In this document: positions 7,561-14,504 of the stretch, piece by piece | Position numbering within the stretch: the first letter of the stretch is position 1 | How the letters are laid out: each line of letters begins with the position of its first letter | Assembly (NCBI GenBank): GCA_040081625.1 | Contig: JBEBGD010000126.1 | Coordinates: 1 to 14,910, forward strand | Reading direction: 5' to 3' | Source: Chthoniobacteraceae bacterium | GTDB lineage: Bacteria; Verrucomicrobiota; Verrucomicrobiia; Chthoniobacterales; Chthoniobacteraceae | Length of the DNA stretch: 14,910 nt | Program-made: the position numbers and the translations under genes | The notes under the pieces: model-generated | The model's input: only the letters and a program-made list of their open reading frames with translations | Databases searched by the model: none | What the model was told of the DNA's origin: nothing

Positions 7561-9712
7561 GCGCGACCGCGACGTCCAACGGCGGCAGCGTCTTGATGGC
7601 CACGTCGTTTCCATCGCCGCCGACGTAGGTGATGATGGCGGCAGGCCCGAAGCCGGGCACCCGCGCGCCTTCCTGCAAGGGGCCTGCACTGAAGTGATTG
7701 AAAACGCCGTTGATCGGGTCCGCACCATCGTTGCTGAGGATCACGAACTCCGCGCCTTGCGGGACGGTCCCGACCGCATTGAGATCGAGGCGGTTGTTGT
7801 TGAGGGTCACGGTGCCCTCGATGGCGATCTGGTCGTGATCGACGCCCGGCGTGGTGCCCGAGAGCGAGAACTCGAAGGCCTGCGCGCCCTCGAGAGTCAC
7901 GGCGGCGGCGCCGGCATCGAACGCAAGGATGCCGAAATCCGACGGGGAGACCGCGCCGCCGCTGCCACCGATGCTGAAACCATCGGCATCCGCGAACGAG
8001 AAGGCCACGGGCGTCGCGGCATTGTTGAAGATCGTGAGCTGATCCACGTCGTTCGCGCCATTGAGTGCCGTCGGGCCGTTCACGAAGAGCAAGAGCTTCG
8101 CGACCGTGAGGCTGCCGCCGCCGCTGAAGGCGGCACCGATGAGGCCGAGTTCGCTCGCCGCGCCCGGCGTGATCGCCGCACTGATGGTGACGACGGCCGT
8201 GGAATTCCCGATGGTGAATCTGTCCGCCGTGATGCGATCGAGTTCCGCATCCGTGAGGCCGAGCGTGCCCGCGGCATCCGCGCCGCCGAGGTTCACCGCG
8301 CTGCCAGCCTCGAACGGGGCGAGCAAGACGTCCTTGGTCCCGGCATTGAGCGTGGCTCCGATGCTCAGCCGATCGGCTTTGAGCGTGATGGCGTTGCCGT
8401 TCGCGCCCGCGGCGATCCCGGCGTTCGTGTTGATCGTGATCGCGAAGTCCGATCCCGCCGCGCCAGCGGTCACGCTCACGCGGCCAGTGCCCGCGTCGAT
8501 GTCCGGCGTCGCGGCGGCATCAGCATTGAGCACGTTCACATCCCCGCCGAGCGCGTCCAGCGTCACGTTGCTGTTCACGGTCGTGATGCCGAGCGTCGTG
8601 CCGGCGATCCCCACGTCGAACCCCGTGGCGTCGGTGAACGAGACGGCGCCGGTGGTGTTCGCAGCGAGCGTGGCGATGTCGTTCGCCACATCCGTGAGCG
8701 TGAACGGCCCCGCGCCCAGCAGCGCAAGCCGCGGTGAAACGACGGTCGCGCCCGCCGCCTGCGTCACGGTATTGCCGGCCGTCAGCGTCGTGATGCCGCC
8801 CGTGGGGACGAAGATGCCGGTGATGCCATCGACCGCGCCGAGCGCGAAGCCGTCGGTGTCCGTGAAGATGAGCCCTTGGTCCGCGTTCGAGGTTTGCGCT
8901 GCGAATACATCCACACCATTCGCCCCGCCGAGACTGATCGAGGCGTCCACGCTCGCCGCGAGATTTGCCACCGTGATCGCGCCCGCGCCCGTCGTCGTCA
9001 CGCTGCCGCCCGATTTGAGCGAGAGCACGCTCGTCGTCGTGATGCTCAGCGCCGCGCTCACCGTGATGTTGCCCGCGCTCGTATCGCCGATGACGAGTTT
9101 CGTCGGCGTCGTGAGCCGGTCGATCTCCGTGTCGGTGAGGCTGAGCTGCGCCGCGTTCTCCGTGCCGAGATTGATGCCCCGGTTCGCCGTCAGCGGCGAG
9201 ATGACGATGTTGTTCGCCGCGCTGACGGCGCCATCGACCGAGAGATTGTCCGTGTTGAGCGTGATGATATTCGCCCCGCCGAGGCTGTTCAGATCCACCG
9301 TCTCGGCGAAGACGAGCACATTACCCCCCACGCTCGTCGCGCCGGCGCTGAAAGTGACCGTGTCGTTGCCGCCGCCATCCTGCACCGCGAGTTGGTCGGC
9401 CAGCCCGCTGACCGTGAGCGTGTCGTTCTGCGCGCCGAGACTGATGATAATCGAGTTCACCGCGGAGGTCGGCCCCGTGACGGTGCTCGTGCCGCCACCC
9501 GTGAACGTGCCGACCGCATCGCCGGTCAGCGTGATGTTTGGCGCGTCCGAAAAGACATACTGGTTCGAGCCATTGATCGAGATCGCGAGCGAATTGAAAA
9601 TCGTCGGCCCCGAGTCGGAGTAAGTGAGCACTCCGCCGGTGAGATCGAGCGTCGCCGGAGCGATGCGGGCTTCGAGGGGTTCGATGGGGGAGAACGACGC
9701 GGGCGCTTTCAT
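5159..9712 (-). CDS. Gene B: large surface protein (1517 aa) with LEPR-XLL-like leader, repetitive beta-helix-like N-half and two tandem uncharacterised C-terminal modules
   Basis: Long ORF. Start placed at ATG 9712 (MKAPASFSPIEPLEARIAPA). Colinear paralog of gene C over its whole length. Confidence 0.9.
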   Translation of the reverse strand: MKAPASFSPIEPLEARIAPATLDLTGGVLTYSDSGPTIFNSLAISINGSNQYVFSDAPNITLTGDAVGTFTGGGTSTVTGPTSAVNSIIISLGAQNDTLTVSGLADQLAVQDGGGNDTVTFSAGATSVGGNVLVFAETVDLNSLGGANIITLNTDNLSVDGAVSAANNIVISPLTANRGINLGTENAAQLSLTDTEIDRLTTPTKLVIGDTSAGNITVSAALSITTTSVLSLKSGGSVTTTGAGAITVANLAASVDASISLGGANGVDVFAAQTSNADQGLIFTDTDGFALGAVDGITGIFVPTGGITTLTAGNTVTQAAGATVVSPRLALLGAGPFTLTDVANDIATLAANTTGAVSFTDATGFDVGIAGTTLGITTVNSNVTLDALGGDVNVLNADAAATPDIDAGTGRVSVTAGAAGSDFAITINTNAGIAAGANGNAITLKADRLSIGATLNAGTKDVLLAPFEAGSAVNLGGADAAGTLGLTDAELDRITADRFTIGNSTAVVTISAAITPGAASELGLIGAAFSGGGSLTVAKLLLFVNGPTALNGANDVDQLTIFNNAATPVAFSFADADGFSIGGSGGAVSPSDFGILAFDAGAAAVTLEGAQAFEFSLSGTTPGVDHDQIAIEGTVTLNNNRLDLNAVGTVPQGAEFVILSNDGADPINGVFNHFSAGPLQEGARVPGFGPAAIITYVGGDGNDVAIKTLPPLDVAVAPGGKSATFRDVDGDLVTVKTTKGAFDGSEFLGIELGPIGAGQLNTLTLDAAFTGANITITAKPTADGGNGFVNLGFLDATGVDLGAVRIAGDLGFLKAGTVGGDPKVPGLKSLAVQSIGLLGTSTQAGSGAGRGAIIEGALPTLTVLGDFRHAELLLKGADGRLGNVGIVGSIVGNTDFGALFSAPAGIGSVKIGGDIRHSTGTFFKGSGFTSDGTIGSISVKGSITGAVSSSVIIQAMGQIAAPTKGVDLALKSLTVGGSVERLSVSVGNGASKNADASIGSINIGGDWIASGVQAGTLAGTDARTGTADDAKVAGGRDNPDLFSSIGSFTVKGQALGTTTSTGDMFGIVAERIGKAKVGGRTFAFTNGATPEAFFAAPTLDGSGAENPMFDFTIRELGSTTPDGMVTGGVNFQLSANGKTATFTDVDGDKVTVKRSAGAFVAGDFDIPAAASGGALFNELTVTAAPGNAVVNLTITATPGPEGGNGFVNVGLINSPGRDLGAVVVDGELSTIQSGDTDAARPGLGSLTAQSLGARSEVGASVQIISGEGIGKIAVKGDARIDDLGSGTGGLGKLVIGGSFGTRGPGTAITSIGSIKIGGSILAGTKITASETIGSISVGGDIIGDGINGDVVIEVRANGPAPARGLDFAIKSIAVKGSIERTSILAGTANADASIGRLTVGRAWLASSVLAGVTEGADGFRGTADDTKVTGASVRDDAARFSTISSIVIKGQALGSTTAGDSFGIVAEQIGKAKVGARTFVFDKGERDAADDFAAAPTGPGPAPDNAASDFFIREIAV

Positions 9713-9747
9713 GGCGCGATCAAAGCGCACAACGCGGATGATGGCGA
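9713..9747 (-). promoter_or_regulatory. Putative leaderless-type promoter of gene B
   Basis: TCGCCA (9747-9742)-N17-TTTGAT (9724-9719)-N6-ATG, with no Shine-Dalgarno. The same geometry occurs upstream of gene A and the remnant. Confidence 0.35.
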
Positions 9748-9754
9748 GGGCGCA

Positions 9755-9873
9755 ATGGAGCGCTGGCGTCCCCGCCGGCCATCATCCGGCGCGCGCAGCG
9801 CCCATCTTCCCCAGGAAGTTGGCGCGCTCCGCGCGGGGTGTTTTCGTGGCCGGCGGGGACGCCAGCGCTCCAT
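9755..9873. repeat. REPIN/MITE-like long hairpin with perfect 27-bp terminal inverted repeats
   Basis: 9755-9781 ATGGAGCGCTGGCGTCCCCGCCGGCCA is the exact reverse complement of 9847-9873. The 65-nt spacer is also imperfectly self-complementary (CTTCC-CCA-GGAAG at the apex). It starts 4 nt after the gene C stop. Confidence 0.85.
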
Positions 9874-9877
9874 GCCG

Positions 9878-12250
9878 CTACGTCACGATCTCGCGGATGA
9901 AGAAGTCGCTCGCTGCGTTGTCCGGCGCGGGGCCGGGGCCGGTCGGCGCGGCGGCAAAGGAATCCGCAGCGTCGCGCTCGCCTTTGTCGAAGACGAACGT
10001 CCGCGCGCCGATCTTCGCCTTGCCGATCTGCTCGGCCACGATGCCGAAGCTATCCCCCACCGCCGCGCTGCCGAGCGCCTGGCCTTTGATCGTGATTTTC
10101 GCGATGGTCGAGAAGCGCGTGGCAACGTCTGTGAAGCCCAATGTAGTGGCGGTGGTCTTGCTGTCGTCGGCGGTGCCGATGAAGGTGTCCGCGCCTTTTT
10201 CGACGCCCGCCTGCACGCTGCTGGAGAGCCACTCGCGGCCCACGCTGAGCGCGCCGAGCGATGCATCCGCGTTGAAGCCGAAGCCGAGCCTGACGAGCGC
10301 TCCCTCGACGCCGCCTTTTACGGTTAGGCTCTTGAGCGCGAGGTCCGCGCCCTTGGTCGTCGCCGAGCGATCCCGGGCCAATGCTTCGATGGTCGCCGTG
10401 CCGTTGCTCGCGCCGAGGAGTTCCCCGCCGATGGTGATCGAGCCGATCCGGTCGTTCGTCTCGATCGTCGCGCCTCCGCGCACATCGCCGGCGATTTTCA
10501 CCTTTCCGATGCCGTCACTTGCGAAAAGTTTTCCGCCCGCAGCGAGCGAACCGCCGAGCTTGGCGCTGCCGAGGATGTCCCCGACGTTGACGTTGGCGCG
10601 CACGTCGGTGGCGACGGTGAGCTTCGGCAGCGCGCCGGTGAGGTCGAGGCTGCCACCGATGGCGAGAAGGCCGAGCGATCGGGCGGCGAGCGATTTCGCG
10701 GCGGGCGCGCCGCCGCCGCTGCCAGCGGTGAGGTTCTGGAGATCGCCCGCGATGCTCACCGCGCCGAGGTCGAGGCCGGGCGCGCCGATGCCGGTGACGT
10801 TCACGAGGCCGTTGCCGCCATCGGGGCCGGGCTTGGCGGTGATGCTCAGATTGCCCGGCGCGGCGGTGAAGGCGAGCAGATCGAGTTGCCCGCCGCCGGA
10901 CGCAGCGGTGGTGATCGTGAAGTCCCCCGCGACGAACGCGCCGAGCGTGCGCTTCACCGTCACGAGGTCGCCGTCCACGTCGGTGAAGGTCGCGGTCTTG
11001 CCGTTCGCGGCGATGACGAGGTTCGCCCCGCCGAGCGCGACGGTCGGCGTGAGCGAGCCGAGTTCGCGGATGGTGAAATCGAACATCGGATTCTCCGCGC
11101 CAGCGCCATCGAGCGTGGGCGCGGCGAAGAACGCCTCGCGGTTTTGCACGGTCGCCGTATCCGCTTTGAAAGCGAACGTGCGCCCGCCGACTTTCGCTTT
11201 CCCGATGCGCTCGGCGACGATGCCGAACATATCGCTCGTCGGAGTCGCCGTGCCGAGCGCCTGGCCTTTCACGGTGAAGCTGCCGATACTCGAGAAGATC
11301 GCGGGGTTGTCGCGCACGGTGCCGCTGGAGACCTTCGCGTCGTCCGCCGTGCCGGTCACCCCATCCGTGCCCGCTTTCGTTCCCGCCCGCACGAGGCTCG
11401 CGATCCAGTCGCCGCCGACGGCGATCGAGCCGAGCGAAACGTCGGCGTTGGCATTGTTGCCGTTCCCGAGTTCGAGGCGCAGGAATTCGACGCTGCCGCC
11501 GACGGTGAGGCTCTTGAGCGCCACGTCGGCGCCTTTCGTCGGCGCGGTGAGCTGGCCTTCGGCAAAGATGCTCACGGTGGCGCCCGCGCTGGTTCCCACG
11601 ATGCTGCCGCCGACCGAGATCGGGCCGATCGGGCCGCTGGTTTGGATGGTGAGCGATCCGGTCCCGGCGTGGATGTCGCCGCCGATTTTCAGCGAGCCGA
11701 TGCCCGCATCGGCGAAGATGGCCGCCGGCCGGACCAGCGAACCGCCGATGGTCACACTGCCGAACTTGCCGTCCGCGGCGCCGCTCGTCTGGAGCAGCGC
11801 GCGGGCGTCACCTTTGATGGCAACCTTCGGCAGCGCGCCCTCGACGCGGACGCCGGTGGTGGCCCCGCCTGCCGGCTGCGTGCTCGTGCCGAGCAGGCCG
11901 ACGCTCTGCACGGTGAGCGATTTGAGGCCGGGCACTTTCGTATCGCCAGCGATGGTGCCGGCCTTGAGCTGCCCGAGGTCGCCCGCGAGGCTGAACGCGC
12001 CGAGATCCACGCCGGTCGCGTCGAGCAAGCCGAGGTTCACGAAGCCATTGCCGCCGTCCGCCGAGGGCTTGGCGGTGATGGTGATGTTCGCGCCCGTGAA
12101 GCCCGCGCCGAGCGTGAGCTTTTGGAGCTGGCCTGCGCCGTTCGCGCCCGTCTCGATGCCGAAGAACTCGCTGCCGGTGAAAGCGATCGAGGACTTCACC
12201 GTCACGAGGTCGCCGTCCACGTCGCGGTAAGTCGCGGTCTTGCCGCCATT
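9878..12250 (-). repeat. Two tandem ~375-400 aa modules in gene C (about 12250-11060 and 11005-9878)
   Basis: Same DVDGDLVTVK ... GGNGxVN ... KGQALG ... FGIVAExIGKAKxG ... DFxIRE landmarks as in gene B. Confidence 0.85.
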
Positions 12251-14365
12251 CGAGAGCTGCACGTCGAGTGCCGTGACGGTGCGGATCGCCACGTCATTTC
12301 CATCGCCGCCCATGTAGGTGATCGTGGCGGGCGTCACAAAACTGGGGAGCGACGCGCCTTCCGGCAGACCGGCGAAGGTGCCGATGAGCGTGTCGGCCTT
12401 GAGCAGCACGAACTCCGTGCTGAAAGGGAGGATGCCCCCCGACGACTGCTGGACGGAGAGGTCCGCGCCGGTGAGCGTGAGCGTGCCATTGACCACGATC
12501 TGGTCGTGCCCGACGCCCGGCGTCGCCCCGCCCACGCCGAGCAGGAGGGTCGAGCCGGGATCGACGCTTACGCCGGCCCCACCCGCAGTGAGCGTGGCTA
12601 CGGTGAAGTCCGGCAGAGCGGTCTGGTTGTCAAACGGGGAGCCGAGCGCGAAGCCATCCGCATCGGTGAAAGCGAGCGTCGGCGAGCCCGTGCCAATGTC
12701 CGAGAGGCTCAGGAAATCCACATCGTTCGCCCCGTTCAATGCCACGTTGCCGCCGCCGAGGCTGATCTCGAGTGCCGCGACCGCGATGCTCCCGGCCCCG
12801 TTCACGCCCGCGCCGGAGAGGCTCAGAAGGGCGCTATTCGCCGGTGCGATCGCCGCGCTCACGGTCTGGGGATTGGTGTTCGCGCCGATGGTGATTTGTC
12901 CGGCGGTGATGAAATCCAGCTCCGCATCCGTGAGGCCGAGCGTGCCCGCGGCATCGGCCCCGCCGAGATTGATCGCGGTCGTGGTTTCAAACGTCCGAAG
13001 GCTCACCTGGCTCGTCCCGGCATTGATCCCCGCGCCGAGCGTCATGTGGTCGGCGGTCAGCGTATCGAAGCCCGTGCTGACGATGCCGGCATTCGCATCG
13101 AGGATGATCTCGAAGTCGCTGCCCGCCGCGCCCGCGGTGAGGGAGACGTTGAAGCCCGAAATGTCCGGCGCCGCGGTGCCATTGGCATTGAGGACGTGGA
13201 TGTCGCCGCCGAGCGCGGTCAGCATCACACCGTTATTTGCCGTGAGGCCGCTCGTCGTGCCGACCGTGCCCACGTCGATCCCCGTGGCGTCCGTGAAGTG
13301 AACGACGCCCGTGGTATTCGCGGCGAGCGTGGTGATGTCGTTGGCCGCATCAAGGAGGACAAACGACCCCGCGCCGAGCAGCGCGAGCCCGCTCCCCGTG
13401 ATCGCCGCGCCCGCCGCCTGCTCGACCCGCCCGCCGCTGAGCGTGATGTTTCCGCCCGCCGCGGTGTTCGTCGCCAGCCCCGTAAGGCCATCGACCGTGC
13501 CGATCTGGAAGCCATCCGCATCCGTGAAGGCGAAGGCCGCGCCCGTGTTGGTCACATTGGCGGCGAGCGTGTCGATGTCGTTCGCGCCGTTCAGCGTCAC
13601 CGCCGCGGCTGTCGCGATGCCGAGATTCGCCACCGAGATCGCTCCGGCGCCCGTCGCGCTCAAGGCCCCGCCCGACTGGAGCAGGAAGGTGCCTGTGTTC
13701 GTGAGGCTGAGCGCCGCGCTCACCGCGATGGCGCCGGTCGGGTCCGCGACGACCAGCAGCGTGGGCGTGGTGAAACGGTCCAACTCCGCATCCGTGAGGC
13801 TGAGCTTCCCGCCGGTCTCCGTGCCGAGATCGATGCTGCGCCCCGCCGTCAATGGCCGGAGGAGCACGTCCGCGCTCGCCGCCACCGCGGCGTTGATGGC
13901 CATCGTATCGGCCGTGAAGCTCGCGGACGTCGCGCCGCTGATCGCCGCGTTGATCGTGATCGTCTCCGCCGCGAACGAAAGCACGCCGCCGGGAGCGATC
14001 GCCCCGGTGACAAAGGCCGTGTCCACCGTGCCCGCCTGCCCGTCCATCGTGAGCGGATCGGTGAGGCCGCTGACCGCGAACTGGTCGTTTTGATCGCCGA
14101 GCAAAAAGCTGAGCGAAGAGACCGCCGTATTCGATCCCAGCACGGTATTCGAGCCGCTGCCGGTGAAGCCCGCCGTCACCGCGCCCGAGCCGAGCGAGAT
14201 CGGCTCCTGCGAATCGTTGATCGAATAATTCGCCCCCGCGATGGCGAGCGTGACCGAGTTCCCGATCCCCACGCCCGCGGTGTAAGTGAGCAGCCCGCCG
14301 ACGACATCGAGCGTGGCGGGAGCGATGCGGGATTCGAGGATTTCGATGCGGATGCGTGTGTTCAT
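9878..14365 (-). CDS. Gene C: large surface protein (1495 aa), paralog of gene B
   Basis: Long ORF. Start placed at ATG 14365 (MNTRIRIEILESRIAPA), preceded by an A/C-rich leader without a Shine-Dalgarno (CACTCAAACACCAAATCACACACCACC-ATG). Same architecture as B. Confidence 0.9.
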   Translation of the reverse strand: MNTRIRIEILESRIAPATLDVVGGLLTYTAGVGIGNSVTLAIAGANYSINDSQEPISLGSGAVTAGFTGSGSNTVLGSNTAVSSLSFLLGDQNDQFAVSGLTDPLTMDGQAGTVDTAFVTGAIAPGGVLSFAAETITINAAISGATSASFTADTMAINAAVAASADVLLRPLTAGRSIDLGTETGGKLSLTDAELDRFTTPTLLVVADPTGAIAVSAALSLTNTGTFLLQSGGALSATGAGAISVANLGIATAAAVTLNGANDIDTLAANVTNTGAAFAFTDADGFQIGTVDGLTGLATNTAAGGNITLSGGRVEQAAGAAITGSGLALLGAGSFVLLDAANDITTLAANTTGVVHFTDATGIDVGTVGTTSGLTANNGVMLTALGGDIHVLNANGTAAPDISGFNVSLTAGAAGSDFEIILDANAGIVSTGFDTLTADHMTLGAGINAGTSQVSLRTFETTTAINLGGADAAGTLGLTDAELDFITAGQITIGANTNPQTVSAAIAPANSALLSLSGAGVNGAGSIAVAALEISLGGGNVALNGANDVDFLSLSDIGTGSPTLAFTDADGFALGSPFDNQTALPDFTVATLTAGGAGVSVDPGSTLLLGVGGATPGVGHDQIVVNGTLTLTGADLSVQQSSGGILPFSTEFVLLKADTLIGTFAGLPEGASLPSFVTPATITYMGGDGNDVAIRTVTALDVQLSNGGKTATYRDVDGDLVTVKSSIAFTGSEFFGIETGANGAGQLQKLTLGAGFTGANITITAKPSADGGNGFVNLGLLDATGVDLGAFSLAGDLGQLKAGTIAGDTKVPGLKSLTVQSVGLLGTSTQPAGGATTGVRVEGALPKVAIKGDARALLQTSGAADGKFGSVTIGGSLVRPAAIFADAGIGSLKIGGDIHAGTGSLTIQTSGPIGPISVGGSIVGTSAGATVSIFAEGQLTAPTKGADVALKSLTVGGSVEFLRLELGNGNNANADVSLGSIAVGGDWIASLVRAGTKAGTDGVTGTADDAKVSSGTVRDNPAIFSSIGSFTVKGQALGTATPTSDMFGIVAERIGKAKVGGRTFAFKADTATVQNREAFFAAPTLDGAGAENPMFDFTIRELGSLTPTVALGGANLVIAANGKTATFTDVDGDLVTVKRTLGAFVAGDFTITTAASGGGQLDLLAFTAAPGNLSITAKPGPDGGNGLVNVTGIGAPGLDLGAVSIAGDLQNLTAGSGGGAPAAKSLAARSLGLLAIGGSLDLTGALPKLTVATDVRANVNVGDILGSAKLGGSLAAGGKLFASDGIGKVKIAGDVRGGATIETNDRIGSITIGGELLGASNGTATIEALARDRSATTKGADLALKSLTVKGGVEGALVRLGFGFNADASLGALSVGREWLSSSVQAGVEKGADTFIGTADDSKTTATTLGFTDVATRFSTIAKITIKGQALGSAAVGDSFGIVAEQIGKAKIGARTFVFDKGERDAADSFAAAPTGPGPAPDNAASDFFIREIVT

Positions 14366-14411
14366 GGTGGTGTGTGATTTGGTGTTTGAGTGAATGGTCG
14401 CGCGGCGAAGC

Positions 14412-14504
14412 GTAGAGCGAGTGTGGCGATCAAGCCCACTCGCTGCCAGCACGCAAAGCGAGTGGCGCGCACAAAGCGAGTGGCCTTCGGCACACTCGCT
14501 CTAC
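14412..14504. repeat. Inverted doublet of GTAG-type REP sequences
   Basis: Plus strand 14412-14444: GTAG-AGCGAGTG-TGGCGATCAAGCC-CACTCGCT. Minus strand 14504-14475: GTAG-AGCGAGTG-TGCCGAAGGC-CACTCGCT. The outer 14 bp form a perfect inverted repeat. GTAG followed by a short palindrome is the established REP layout. Confidence 0.8.

Noticed and set aside
9755..9873. Rho-independent terminator
   Set aside because: The stem is far longer than typical and no U-tract follows it on the minus (coding) strand.
5159..10120. Diversity-generating retroelement TR/VR pair suggested by near-identical 3' ends
   Set aside because: Both copies are coding ends, the differences are mostly synonymous and not confined to adenines, and no reverse transcriptase is in the window.
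599..14377. Very long plus-strand ORFs (e.g. 599-2482, 3495-5930, 9624-12230, 10886-14377)
   Set aside because: They are antisense shadows of high-GC minus-strand genes, with R/A/P/S-rich low-information translations, no recognisable motifs and complete overlap with well-supported CDSs.
14366..14452. ORF-track N-terminal extensions of genes C (to 14452), B (to 9730) and A (to 5131)
   Set aside because: The C extension runs through the REP and the A/C-rich leader. The shorter starts give uniform leaders before the conserved motif.
14412..14504. CRISPR array or tRNA/riboswitch suggested by the repeated AGCGAGTG units
   Set aside because: The repeats are short, mostly inverted and without regular unique spacers. 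No cloverleaf or known aptamer is evident.
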